A stretch of DNA of 42,687 bases, taken from IMG/VR virus record IMGVR_UViG_3300021387_001323; one strand, written 5' to 3'. Source of the stretch: a virus. The notes beneath the pieces are model-generated. The model was not told the origin of the DNA. It did no database searches and saw only the letters and a list, made by a program, of their open reading frames with translations. Positions within the stretch are counted from its first letter, which is position 1; each line of letters starts with the position of its first letter. The position numbers and the translations under genes were made by a program. Shown here piece after piece: positions 14,157 to 23,043 of the stretch.

Positions 14157-15494
14157 TTACGCTTCCATAGTTCGGAAGCAGACGGGCACGCAGAACGCGT
14201 AGGACGCGTTGCCGTTGCCGGAGGTCCCGTGGTGGCTGACAAACACGACGTACGTCGAGGAGCCGGAGAGAGCCGAAGCAGTCCACCAGTAGGCCCGAGC
14301 ACCACCCGGGCCAGCACCTTTCATGCGGTGCTCATAGCTGTTGGCAAAGATCGGATACTGAACAGCCTGACCGTTGCCGTAGCCCTTGGTTGACCATACG
14401 AGGCAGTCGAAGATCTCAGTCTCAAGAGGCGCCCAGAGCTTGTCGAAGTCCTGCCACGCCCACGAGTTGTCGTCCGTAAGAGTTGCGCCGCTCTGATAAC
14501 GAGATGGTGCGAGGATTCTCTTTGCCTTGATGACGTTCTTGAGCTTTGCATCCAAAAGCGGGTAAAGTGTGCCGTCGAGCCAGCTCTTGAGGTTTGAGGC
14601 AAGAAACGGGCTTGGACTGTTGGCGTTGCCGTTGTTGTTATTTGTTGTGTTAAACTGCACCGTCTGGCTGTAGCAATCGCGAGTGATCCAGTCGATGTGG
14701 TAGCCAACTTCGTGACCAGTGTCTCCGGTTCTTCTGTAGGTGTTTATACCTGCAATCTCCGCAAGATGATTCTCGGCGCCGACTTTGATTGGAATATAAT
14801 CGCCGACACGCAAACCGCTCACATTATGAGCATCGAGCCTTGCCTGGATCCACGCCCATTCGTCTGAGTAGTTTGCAATCTCATCGGCAAAAATGACCGT
14901 CAAGTCTCTGCCTGGGAGCATGATGCGGTTGATCCCGTCCCATGCCGCCTCTGTCTCTGCTGCCTGAGCAGTCTCAAAGGCTGCCTCTTTTGCAACCTGA
15001 TCGGCAAGGTCGTCCGCGAGAGCGTAAGCTCCGGCACCTGCCTCGATGGTCACGTTCGCAGAGTTGTCAACCGTTGCGTAGTATTCCTGGACGATGGTTG
15101 TCGGTGTGAGTCCATTGTATGGCGGCATATAGTCAGCGACCTGAGCCACCGAGATGGAATAGAGCACCGGTACCGCATCGGGATCGAGTGCGTCCGTTGC
15201 ATAAAGTCCGACCTCTCTGACGTAGTAACCAGCCAGGAGCTCCTCGTTGTCAAGTGCTGCCGTGAGGTGCACGCTTGTGTCGGATTCCACCACAATGCTG
15301 GAAAAAGCGACGCTCTGCTTCTGACTTTTGAGAGCTGTCCGCTGCTGCAATGCTGAGACAGCACGCTCGCCCTCTGTGTATTCACCATCACCGGCGACCA
15401 GTGTGGTAAATTCGATCTTTGCGGTGCCTGCCAGGGCGGCGGCAAGCAGCGCAGCTCCGTCGTTTGTCATGACGGCTGCATAAAATTGAGCCAT
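14157..15494 (-). CDS. Tail fibre / receptor-binding protein, DGR target 1
   Basis: N-terminus MAQFYAAVMTNDGAALLAAALAGTAKIEFTTLVAGDGEY resembles phage tail-collar fibre N-domain; C-terminal lectin-like domain ends in VR1; follows baseplate I-like gene. Confidence 0.85.
   Translation of the reverse strand: MAQFYAAVMTNDGAALLAAALAGTAKIEFTTLVAGDGEYTEGERAVSALQQRTALKSQKQSVAFSSIVVESDTSVHLTAALDNEELLAGYYVREVGLYATDALDPDAVPVLYSISVAQVADYMPPYNGLTPTTIVQEYYATVDNSANVTIEAGAGAYALADDLADQVAKEAAFETAQAAETEAAWDGINRIMLPGRDLTVIFADEIANYSDEWAWIQARLDAHNVSGLRVGDYIPIKVGAENHLAEIAGINTYRRTGDTGHEVGYHIDWITRDCYSQTVQFNTTNNNNGNANSPSPFLASNLKSWLDGTLYPLLDAKLKNVIKAKRILAPSRYQSGATLTDDNSWAWQDFDKLWAPLETEIFDCLVWSTKGYGNGQAVQYPIFANSYEHRMKGAGPGGARAYWWTASALSGSSTYVVFVSHHGTSGNGNASYAFCVPVCFRTMEA
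14179..14305 (-). repeat. DGR variable repeat VR1
   Basis: Gap-free alignment to TR 13514-13640; 18 differences, all at TR sense-strand adenines. Confidence 0.95.
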
Positions 15495-15519
15495 TTTGTT
15501 GTCCTCCTTTGTTTGGTTT

Positions 15520-16248
15520 TTATCTTATTGTGTTTCGGATCCGAGGCGGAGCTGCCACGGTACCCGTGTTCACCGTTTGAGTGATAGTTCTTTCGAGAGT
15601 GTAGCCCTCGATGATGACGTTCTTGGTGTGTGCCTGCTGCCCGACTGCTGCATACATATCCAGCTGTCTGATGGTGTAGTTGCGGACAGAGCCCTCAAGG
15701 ATCACATTGGTGATGTGGGAGCGCGTGGCGCATCCTGCATATAGCCGCTGGTCGATGCGTCTGGTGACGCTGATCGCCTCAATGTGGGAGCGGGCATTTT
15801 TTACCCTGGCGATCATGTTGAGGATCTGCTGGATGCCTCCGGGTGTGAGGGTGGCGTTTGTCAAAATCTTGAAATAATAAGGATCCCCGCCATACTCAAA
15901 CCACTCAGTCACCTCGCCGATGCCAAAAGCGGCGATGGCCAGCTGTTCAACCGCCCATTTTGTGCCGCGCTTTTCCATGATGGCGCCCGCCATTTTGATG
16001 GTGCGGATCTTTTGATCACGCTCCCAGGATGACACCCACCAGTCAATGCCGAGTTCCCAGGCGGTCTCGTCCAGTTCCTCGTTTGTGAGGTTTTCAAGCT
16101 GGTCCCAGACTCGTGGTGTTTTCACACGTTCGCCCGGCGCCTTGAAAAGCTCGTCCATTGCGGAGCTGAGTGCGATGTTTGCCTCGTCCGTCCGCATCCA
16201 GTTAGGCAGGAGTTTGAGCATTTCAGGCTTGTCTATTTTCATTCCCAT
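15520..16248 (-). CDS. Baseplate/tail protein I-like (P2 gpI family)
   Basis: LLPNWMRTDEANIALSSAMDELF...WDQLENLTNEELDETAWELGIDWW pattern; follows baseplate J. Confidence 0.65.
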   Translation of the reverse strand: MGMKIDKPEMLKLLPNWMRTDEANIALSSAMDELFKAPGERVKTPRVWDQLENLTNEELDETAWELGIDWWVSSWERDQKIRTIKMAGAIMEKRGTKWAVEQLAIAAFGIGEVTEWFEYGGDPYYFKILTNATLTPGGIQQILNMIARVKNARSHIEAISVTRRIDQRLYAGCATRSHITNVILEGSVRNYTIRQLDMYAAVGQQAHTKNVIIEGYTLERTITQTVNTGTVAAPPRIRNTIR

Positions 16249-16260
16249 AGGCCGCCTCCT

Positions 16261-17388
16261 TTACTCGCTTGTTGTCAGCTGATGCGAGACGGTCAGGTTT
16301 CCGGAAAACTGTGCGACCGTGGTTTCGTCCATGTCTGTAAATACCGGCTTGACGATGTTCACGCGGACAGCTCCGACAAGATCCTCAGCCCAGTCAGGTG
16401 CAAGGATCAGTTTGCGCAGATAATCCGGGTTGATGTCACGGTTGAGGCTTGAGCCCTGCCAGTAGATGTACTTGTCAATGGCTCCGCCATCTCCCTCGAT
16501 GGTGCTCACGCAGGCGCTTTCGTCTGCCTCTGTTGTGTAGTAGACGAGCTCGATGTCGTACTGCTGCACCGTTGGAGCTTCGACCGTCACCTGATCCGTG
16601 AGAGGTCTCACGTCATCAGCTGAGCAGGATGCCAGCACCTTTGCCAGGATGTCATCGGATGGCATGACGCCGCCGTAACAGATCGGCACGATTTTGACCA
16701 CTCCGGGAGATGGCGAGGAAACGTAAGCATCCGCCACGGATGCGTCCGCGCTCATCGCCCAGAAGCGGTAGGCGTTAGGTGGACCAGCAACGGACAAAGT
16801 GGATCCGGAGAGCCGGATCCTGTCACGGTATGCATCGTCTGTTTCCTCGTCTGATCCTCCGTGCGTCTTGACTGTATTGGTCACGGTATCGATGCTCGGT
16901 ACCATGTCAACCAGCACGTTGATCGCACCGGCAAGGATGTCGTTCGCCTGGCTTCCTCCCTCGGTAGCTTTTACTGCTACATCGACATAGGATTCACCAG
17001 CAGGGAGCACCGCCGTCGCTGTGGTGGCGAAGTAGTTCAAGTAGTCGCTTGTGACTCTTGTGCCTGCCGGTATGATGATATTCGAGCCGATCGGTGTGTT
17101 TACTCCGAAACGCTCAACGGTTTCGGCTGCGACTGCTGCCTCTCGTGTTACCCCTCGGTTTTCTCCCAGGGCGTCAAGTACTTCGCCGCGTGCATATCTG
17201 AGCATCTTCTGGCGGCAGGCGTCGTTGACGCTTGAATAGACTGCCACAACCAAAGGTACCAAAGCCTCGCCGAAGATCCTGCGCTCATCGCCTGGGTATA
17301 ATTCCTCGGAGCATCCGTCCTCGAGCGCGCTGATCACGGTCTCGTAGATCTCCGAGGGTTTCACTTCGATAAAATTGAGATCACTCAT
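16261..17388 (-). CDS. Baseplate J-like protein
   Basis: Size, position and N-terminal pattern (ISALEDG...LYPGDERRIFGEAL) typical of P2 gpJ / Mu gp47 family. Confidence 0.75.
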   Translation of the reverse strand: MSDLNFIEVKPSEIYETVISALEDGCSEELYPGDERRIFGEALVPLVVAVYSSVNDACRQKMLRYARGEVLDALGENRGVTREAAVAAETVERFGVNTPIGSNIIIPAGTRVTSDYLNYFATTATAVLPAGESYVDVAVKATEGGSQANDILAGAINVLVDMVPSIDTVTNTVKTHGGSDEETDDAYRDRIRLSGSTLSVAGPPNAYRFWAMSADASVADAYVSSPSPGVVKIVPICYGGVMPSDDILAKVLASCSADDVRPLTDQVTVEAPTVQQYDIELVYYTTEADESACVSTIEGDGGAIDKYIYWQGSSLNRDINPDYLRKLILAPDWAEDLVGAVRVNIVKPVFTDMDETTVAQFSGNLTVSHQLTTSE

Positions 17389-17676
17389 TTACTCGTCCTC
17401 CTCGGTGTTTATAGTCAGATCGGCCACGAGGCCGAAGTCGTCCGGCTCATCCGTTTCGGTCACGCTGATGCTGTTGACCTCCACGCGTGGCTCGTATGTC
17501 TCAAGAAGCCACTCGGCGTCTGCTGCCATTCCTGCGCCAGCTGATGCGGCCGGAGTGTCAACAAGTCCGCCGTCGATGCCCTTGATCCGCTCATAAGGGA
17601 CGGAAAAGCGAGGAGTCTTGAGGAGATTGTCGGCGCACTGCTGTGGCGCTCCGTTTCCTGATGCCATCATAGCCAT
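17389..17676 (-). CDS. Baseplate wedge protein (gpW/gp25-like)
   Basis: 95 aa, immediately upstream of baseplate J; ...YEPRVEVNSISVTE... pattern. Start 17676 or 17670. Confidence 0.5.
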   Translation of the reverse strand: MAMMASGNGAPQQCADNLLKTPRFSVPYERIKGIDGGLVDTPAASAGAGMAADAEWLLETYEPRVEVNSISVTETDEPDDFGLVADLTINTEEDE

Positions 17677-17682
17677 CCCTCC

Positions 17683-18117
17683 TTACTTTTTCCGGGCCTT
17701 TTTGTCTGCTTTTGATGCAGTCGCCCGGCTGTTTCTTTTCTTTTGTTTCTGGTTCTTTTCCTCAAAGCTCAGACTGATCTCGGCGGTGCGGAAGCGTCCG
17801 AAGTCGTCCTGCGTTACGGATCCGAGGGACACGCTTTGCAAGATCAGCGGATTGCTCCACCACTTCTCGCCGTGGATGTATAAATAGTTGGCCGTGTCGA
17901 TGAGCTTGCGCCATGCGTAGTACTCCTCCTCTGGGTTTACTCCGGCGGCAGCATTGCAGGTGATGGAAAAGCTCACCTTTTCGAGCTCGGTCGTTGTCTT
18001 TTTGCTTTTTGAGTCGTCAGCTTTCTTTTCTGCTGATGTTGAAAAACCTTTGAACGGGTTTACTTTTTTGGTGCTCACCTCAAAAGTGCGGGAGCCCCAG
18101 CGTCCCATTATTGCCAT
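17683..18117 (-). CDS. Tail/baseplate protein (possibly gpU-like)
   Basis: Position in baseplate cluster; weak architectural resemblance to P2 gpU; lysine-rich tail. Confidence 0.35.
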   Translation of the reverse strand: MAIMGRWGSRTFEVSTKKVNPFKGFSTSAEKKADDSKSKKTTTELEKVSFSITCNAAAGVNPEEEYYAWRKLIDTANYLYIHGEKWWSNPLILQSVSLGSVTQDDFGRFRTAEISLSFEEKNQKQKKRNSRATASKADKKARKK

Positions 18118-18129
18118 GGGCTCACCTCC

Positions 18130-18396
18130 TTAAATTTTCGCTAAAATCACTCCGGTGCAGTCGCTAAAGCCAGCAAAAGCGACGGTATCCCCTTTCTGGA
18201 TCCGTCGCTCGTCTGCAATATTCAGGAGCGCCGTCTTGAGACTCACGTCCGACGTGGCGTTCGCCATGGTTTCATAGTCGTCCACGAGTAGGTGAGGCGG
18301 GATCGTATAGAAGCCGCTCACGGCGTCGATGTCGTCCATCGGTGCCACTCTTGCCTTGTTTCCCTCAATGCTGAGGACGGTGCCTTTGTGTACCAT
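18130..18396 (-). CDS. Baseplate spike/plug protein (gpV-like small OB-fold)
   Basis: MVHKGTVLSIEGNKARVAPMDD... pattern typical of phage baseplate assembly V N-domain; RBS AAAGGAGGGGCGCAAAGATG. Confidence 0.5.
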   Translation of the reverse strand: MVHKGTVLSIEGNKARVAPMDDIDAVSGFYTIPPHLLVDDYETMANATSDVSLKTALLNIADERRIQKGDTVAFAGFSDCTGVILAKI

Positions 18397-18586
18397 CTTT
18401 GCGCCCCTCCTTTTTCGGTGGTGTTTTTCGGCATACATCGAAAAAACCGCAGGAGAGACAGCCGCCGTGGCAGTCTTTTCCGGGTGTGAGTTGCCAGCGG
18501 ATCCTCTGCAGCGTGTCTTTGATCGCGTAGCCCAGGATCCGGGCGACCTGTTTGATGTATGGGTGTTTGTCTTTTGGGTATATCAT
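18365..18586 (-). CDS. Small Cys-rich hypothetical protein
   Basis: Fills the gap after gpD-like gene (TAAATG junction); CHGGCLSCGFFDVC motif. Confidence 0.45.
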   Translation of the reverse strand: MIYPKDKHPYIKQVARILGYAIKDTLQRIRWQLTPGKDCHGGCLSCGFFDVCRKTPPKKEGRKDGTQRHRPQH

Positions 18587-19516
18587 TTAATAGCCCTCCA
18601 GCGGCCGCCTCAAGAAGATGACCGTCTGGTCGTTGTGCCATTCGTGCCGGATCCGGTATGCGTAGAGCGTGCCGTTCCATCCGGCAGGTTTTTCTCCGGA
18701 GAGTGTCATCGTGATCCCCGCCGTCAGTTCCGGGATGATCTTCGTGGTGACGGATAGGGTGGCGGTGTTTTTGTTTGCGTATCGCAGGTGCCCCTTTGCG
18801 GCTCTCGTCGCCTCTGCTGAGCTTGGCGTTTTCACCGATTGGATTGCCAGCTCGTTCGAGTTGGATGCGTCTGCGGTAAAGGTTCCGGTCACGGATCCGG
18901 CTTTGACTGTTGCCTTGCCGTAGGCCGTGTTGGATTGATCAACGCAGTCGTATGTTGTGCCCTCCATGTCAAGCTCAAAGCTCGGCGCCTGGCTTTCAAG
19001 TTGTGGCTCGCTCATCATGATGATGCGGCCATTGTAGAACACGAGCACGGCGCTTTCTTGCTTTGCAAGATCTCCCAGGAGAGCCACGTCGCTTTGATTC
19101 TTTTCGAGCTGCTTGGTGTCATAAAAGACATCATCCATCTGCATGAGCTCGAAGCTCAGCCCATTCCTTTTGGCCAGTTCCTTGCCGATCTGGGAGAGGT
19201 AGACCTTTTCCCAGCTCTTTGACTGCGTTGCTGAGGCGGATGCGGATGTCGGCATAGGGCTCGCGTATATTGTGGTGACTTTTTTCTCAATGTCGAAGTC
19301 GTACACGTAGAGCTTGCCGGTGCTTGCTCCGTCTCTTTTGTATTCAACCTTGTCGCCGACTTGCGGGCGCCAGTTTTGCCAGCCGTCGCCCTTTGTTGAA
19401 AATTCCAGGCGCAGCGTGTCCGCCTGGGTACAGTCGGTGATGGTGTCGTATGTTGCAATGGAGATCTCCACGGCGTCGGTGATGTCTTTGCCCTCGTAGA
19501 TTAACTTCTCGGCCAT
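18587..19516 (-). CDS. Tail protein D-like (baseplate hub, P2 gpD / XkdQ-like)
   Basis: Position after tape measure and gpX-like gene; size and N-terminal pattern. Confidence 0.6.
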   Translation of the reverse strand: MAEKLIYEGKDITDAVEISIATYDTITDCTQADTLRLEFSTKGDGWQNWRPQVGDKVEYKRDGASTGKLYVYDFDIEKKVTTIYASPMPTSASASATQSKSWEKVYLSQIGKELAKRNGLSFELMQMDDVFYDTKQLEKNQSDVALLGDLAKQESAVLVFYNGRIIMMSEPQLESQAPSFELDMEGTTYDCVDQSNTAYGKATVKAGSVTGTFTADASNSNELAIQSVKTPSSAEATRAAKGHLRYANKNTATLSVTTKIIPELTAGITMTLSGEKPAGWNGTLYAYRIRHEWHNDQTVIFLRRPLEGY

Positions 19517-19520
19517 TTTC

Positions 19521-19739
19521 TCACCTCCTCCATGGAGCCTTCGTCTCGGTTGTCTCAGGCTCGTCGATGATCGGGATGATCAGCTTGACGCCGCCCTCAA
19601 AAACAACCACATCCGCATAGTCGGGGTTGGCTTCGATGATATAGTTCGCTAGCTTTTCCTCGTCATAATAGCGGAGAGAGAGGAGGTCGAACGTGTCGCC
19701 CTCCCTGGTTGTGTATGTGTAGTATTTTGATTTAGCCAT
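19521..19739 (-). CDS. Tail protein X-like (LysM-like)
   Basis: YTYTTREGDTFDLLSLRYYDEEKLANYIIEANPDYADVVVFEGGVKLIIP matches the gpX/LysM pattern. Confidence 0.7.
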   Translation of the reverse strand: MAKSKYYTYTTREGDTFDLLSLRYYDEEKLANYIIEANPDYADVVVFEGGVKLIIPIIDEPETTETKAPWRR

Positions 19740-21909
19740 AAGCTACGCGCCCCCTCCTTGTGGTCCAGGCTGTCAGCCAGTCCATAAACTCGTCGGCGTG
19801 TTGTCTCAGCTGCTGCATGATGTCGCCGGATCCTGCCTCCTGCATATTGACCACCGGGTTGTACTGCATACCCGAAAAATCGTAGATCGTTGTGGATCCC
19901 TCGGTCGTAAGTCCCGCAAGAGAGAAGTCGTCCAGGTTCAAGAGCTCGCCAGCCAGTGCGCTCGCGGTGCCTTGGCCATATAGTCCGAGCATCCGGCCAG
20001 CTTCCGCCCAGTATCCAACATTGTCGCGACGGTATGCTTTGTTGAAGCTGATGACCGCCTCGGTGCCAGCCTCGCCCGCGATGCTCAAGCCGTCCGTAAA
20101 TCCACCAGATGCAAGCATCGGGATGGTCGGGATGCTAAAGCCGAAGTGTGTGCCTCCGAGTACCGGTACCCAGTCAGGCACATCAACGCTGATGTTGTTG
20201 ATGGCGCCGATTGCGCTGTTGACCAGCGAGATCACTGCGTTGATCGGGCCTTTGACGATGCCGACCAGTCCCGAAAAGGCGCCGGCTATCATGTCTGCAA
20301 AACCTGAGATCAGTGTCGTGATGGCGGTGATGATCGGGCTCAGCGCCTGAAAAGCTACGCAAAGGACGCTGGTGATGATGTTCGCGACGGCCATGATCAC
20401 CGGCATGAGTGCCTGGATGATGCTGATGATAGGCGGCAAAAGTGCGCTGATCAGCTCGCCGACAGCTGTGAGCACCGGGCTCAGGGCTGTGAACAGCTGC
20501 GTGATAATAGGTGCGATGGCTGTCAAAAGCTGCTGGATGACCGGCAAAAGTGTCATGATGATGGTCGTGATCGGCGGAATTAGCAGCTCGATCAGATCGA
20601 CCAAAATCGGCAAAATCGTGTCGATGATGATCTGGACGATTGGCATGAGCGCGTTCAAAATTGAAAGCGCGAGCGGGATCAGGTCGCTCACAATCTGAAC
20701 GATCGGAGGGATGACCTGAGACGCCAGTGTTCCGGCCATGCTTACGAGCGGTGGTACCAGCTGAGAGATCAACGGGGTGATCTTTGGCACGAGGTCTTTC
20801 ACAATAGGCATGAGATTGGCCGACAGTTCCTGGATGACTGGGATCAGCTGGTTCATGAGATCCTCAACGACCGGCATCATTTCCGTGATACTGTCAAGCA
20901 GGGAGTTTGCCAGCGGTTCCAGTGCCACCTGAGCCCGTTGTTTGAATAAATCAAAACGCTCGGCCAGTGTGTAGGTGTCCTCAGCGGCTGCGCCGATTGT
21001 TTCACCGTTTGCCTGGAGTGAAGCTGTGAGTTCCTCCACTGAAAGACTGCCGTCTCTGATGGCTGCTGCCATTGTCGAGCCTGCTCTGGATCCGAAGATC
21101 TCCGTCGCGATGGATGTGGCTTCCGCCATGTCTCCGGCGTTCTTTATCTTTTCGGCATACATTTCAAGGCCCTCGGACGCGCTTATGCCGTCCTTTGCCA
21201 GAGCTCCGACCGATTTCTTCATGGCGCCGAGTACTTCGTCTGCATTTACTCCGGCTTTGTCAAGTTGGCCGATGAGTGCAACGGACTCCTCGAACGAGTA
21301 GCCCAGTTCCTGCATCTGCGGCGCAAACTTCTGAACGTCTGACAAAAGATCGTTGAAGCCGGTGCCGGTTGACTGCGATGCTTTGAAAACATAGTCCATA
21401 GCGTCGCCCATGTCCTCGGCAGATATATTCCACGCCTCAAAAGCCTGACTGGATTCCTCGATGACGCTCGACAGATCTTCACCGAGCAGATCGGAGACCT
21501 GGATTGCCTGAACGCTCAAGCCCTCCAAAACGTCGCCGCTGACGCCCAGGCGGGTGTTGTAGTCGGCGATTGCCTGGCTCGCATCCTCCATGGTTGTCGG
21601 TACGTTTTTGTAAACCTCGTCGAAGCTGCCCATCAATTCATCCAGAGCGTCGCCGGTTGCTCCGGTTCCGACTCTGATCGTGTTCTCAGCTTCCTGGAAA
21701 GCAGTGCCGAGTTCATAGAGTGCTTTGGTTCCCTCAGCCACTCCTTTGACAACTGCCACGCCGACTGCTGCCATGCCTGCGCCGACTGCTGCCGCTTTGA
21801 CGTTTATTCCGTCGAGCTTGTCCGTGACTCCTCCGACAGCTTCCTGGAGGGTTGGGCTCAGCGTTCCGGCGATCTCAACGATTGCCTGCAATGTTTTATT
21901 TTTTGCCAC
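19732..21909 (-). CDS. Tail tape measure protein
   Basis: 725 aa; ...FKASQSTGTGFNDLLSDVQKFAPQMQELGYSFEESVALIGQLDKAGV... core; long hydrophobic 11-aa repeat region; GTG start with GGAGGT RBS. Confidence 0.9.
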   Translation of the reverse strand: MAKNKTLQAIVEIAGTLSPTLQEAVGGVTDKLDGINVKAAAVGAGMAAVGVAVVKGVAEGTKALYELGTAFQEAENTIRVGTGATGDALDELMGSFDEVYKNVPTTMEDASQAIADYNTRLGVSGDVLEGLSVQAIQVSDLLGEDLSSVIEESSQAFEAWNISAEDMGDAMDYVFKASQSTGTGFNDLLSDVQKFAPQMQELGYSFEESVALIGQLDKAGVNADEVLGAMKKSVGALAKDGISASEGLEMYAEKIKNAGDMAEATSIATEIFGSRAGSTMAAAIRDGSLSVEELTASLQANGETIGAAAEDTYTLAERFDLFKQRAQVALEPLANSLLDSITEMMPVVEDLMNQLIPVIQELSANLMPIVKDLVPKITPLISQLVPPLVSMAGTLASQVIPPIVQIVSDLIPLALSILNALMPIVQIIIDTILPILVDLIELLIPPITTIIMTLLPVIQQLLTAIAPIITQLFTALSPVLTAVGELISALLPPIISIIQALMPVIMAVANIITSVLCVAFQALSPIITAITTLISGFADMIAGAFSGLVGIVKGPINAVISLVNSAIGAINNISVDVPDWVPVLGGTHFGFSIPTIPMLASGGFTDGLSIAGEAGTEAVISFNKAYRRDNVGYWAEAGRMLGLYGQGTASALAGELLNLDDFSLAGLTTEGSTTIYDFSGMQYNPVVNMQEAGSGDIMQQLRQHADEFMDWLTAWTTRRGRVAYG

Positions 21910-21930
21910 GCCGCGCCACCTCCTTTTCTT

Positions 21931-22457
21931 TTAATGTTTGCGGTGTTTCGCCCTGGCTATCTTTGCCGGGCGTGGTACCGATTGGTTTCTGTTTCTTCTT
22001 TCGTTTTCAGCAGCGAGATCCTCGGCTGCCTCCGCGTATTCGATCAAAAAGGACGTCAGTCTTTTCCTTTCGATGTCTGTGATGCTTGTGTGGTAGACTC
22101 TGGAGAAATCTCGGATTGCTCGTCGGAGTCGTCGTCCAGTGATTCCTCCGACCTCACGATAAAATTTCGGCCGAGCTTCATGACCTCCACCACGTCGTGG
22201 CCTTTGATTCTTGCCACATCCTCGAAAGTGTAGTCAGGGTTGACCGCAACGATCGAAGCGATGCCGAGATATAAATGGAGTGGGTAGTCGAGCTCCATTG
22301 CTCCGGAGAGGTTGCCGTTGACCTTTGTCGCTTTGAGCTTCTTGCCCTCAGCTTCGGCAAAGAGTTCCGGGGTGATCTCGTCGGTGTCGTATGTGAGTTT
22401 CTTGATGTTCTTGCCATCGATTTTGATGGCGTTGATGAGTTCGAGTGTTCCTTTCAT
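21931..22457 (-). CDS. Putative -1 frameshift-extended tail assembly chaperone
   Basis: -1 frame open from slippery A AAT TTT (22167-22161) to TAA at 21933-21931, exactly filling the 146-nt gap before the tape measure RBS. Confidence 0.35.
22056..22457 (-). CDS. Tail assembly chaperone (gpE/gpG analogue)
   Basis: Located between tube and tape measure; acidic C-terminus; RBS AAGGAGGAACCCACAAATG. Confidence 0.65.
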   Translation of the reverse strand: MKGTLELINAIKIDGKNIKKLTYDTDEITPELFAEAEGKKLKATKVNGNLSGAMELDYPLHLYLGIASIVAVNPDYTFEDVARIKGHDVVEVMKLGRNFIVRSEESLDDDSDEQSEISPESTTQASQTSKGKD

Positions 22458-22481
22458 TTGTGGGTTCCTCCTTGTGATTTC

Positions 22482-22516
22482 ATAAAAAGCCCCGGTGCCA
22501 TGACAGACGCCGGGGC
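22482..22516 (-). terminator. Intrinsic terminator after tail tube gene
   Basis: Minus strand GCCCCGG - 14-nt loop - CCGGGGC followed by TTTTTA. Confidence 0.55.
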
Positions 22517-22542
22517 CGTGTTCCTTTTGTGATTCCTGCCGA

Positions 22543-23040
22543 TTAGAGCAGCTTTCTGATGGATGCCATGTAGTCCTGGCCGTTGACTCTGAGGATCTGG
22601 TTGAGTCTGTCAACCAAAAGGATCTCGGAGCCGTTTGCAAAGAGCTGGTAACGTGTGACCGTGTAGGTCTCGCTGAGCTCTGAGGCAGATCCGAGCTCTA
22701 CGCTCACCCCGGGGATCTCCTGAGGGATGACGTTGAGGAAAGCCTTGCAGCCCTGGTGGCTCACTGAGCCGTCTGCTGCAACCTTATCCTGCACCCATCT
22801 AAACTCCATGGCCATCTTCTGGAGCTTTGACATCCGGCCAAAGCCGGTATCGACTCCGATCTTAGTGATCGAGAGAGTCATGTCGTCCAAAAGTCCGACC
22901 AGAGGGAGAGAGAGCGTTCCCATTGCAGGGATGTCCGCCGTCTGGAGGGCAATGCCAGGGAGCTCGAAGCTCACGTCCTCCGCTGCTTTTACTTTGTCAA
23001 TCAGCAGGGTATCTGCGATGACTGCGCTGTGCTTATCCAT
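22543..23040 (-). CDS. Tail tube protein (P2 FII-like)
   Basis: 165 aa directly after sheath; C-terminal ...RLNQILRVNGQDYMASIRKLL pattern. Confidence 0.8.
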   Translation of the reverse strand: MDKHSAVIADTLLIDKVKAAEDVSFELPGIALQTADIPAMGTLSLPLVGLLDDMTLSITKIGVDTGFGRMSKLQKMAMEFRWVQDKVAADGSVSHQGCKAFLNVIPQEIPGVSVELGSASELSETYTVTRYQLFANGSEILLVDRLNQILRVNGQDYMASIRKLL

Positions 23041-23043
23041 GCT

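Larger units (their letters stand above)
11990..15494 (-). mobile_element. Diversity-generating retroelement cassette (target/VR1 - Avd - TR - spacer - RT)
   Basis: TR/VR pair with adenine-restricted differences plus RT and Avd-position gene in canonical order. Confidence 0.9.

Noticed and set aside
22178-22417. The alternative-frame ORF 22178-22417(-) inside the tail chaperone gene, read as the frameshift product.
   Set aside because: It is in the +1 frame and ends well before the gap. The frame that bridges to the tape measure gene is the -1 frame.
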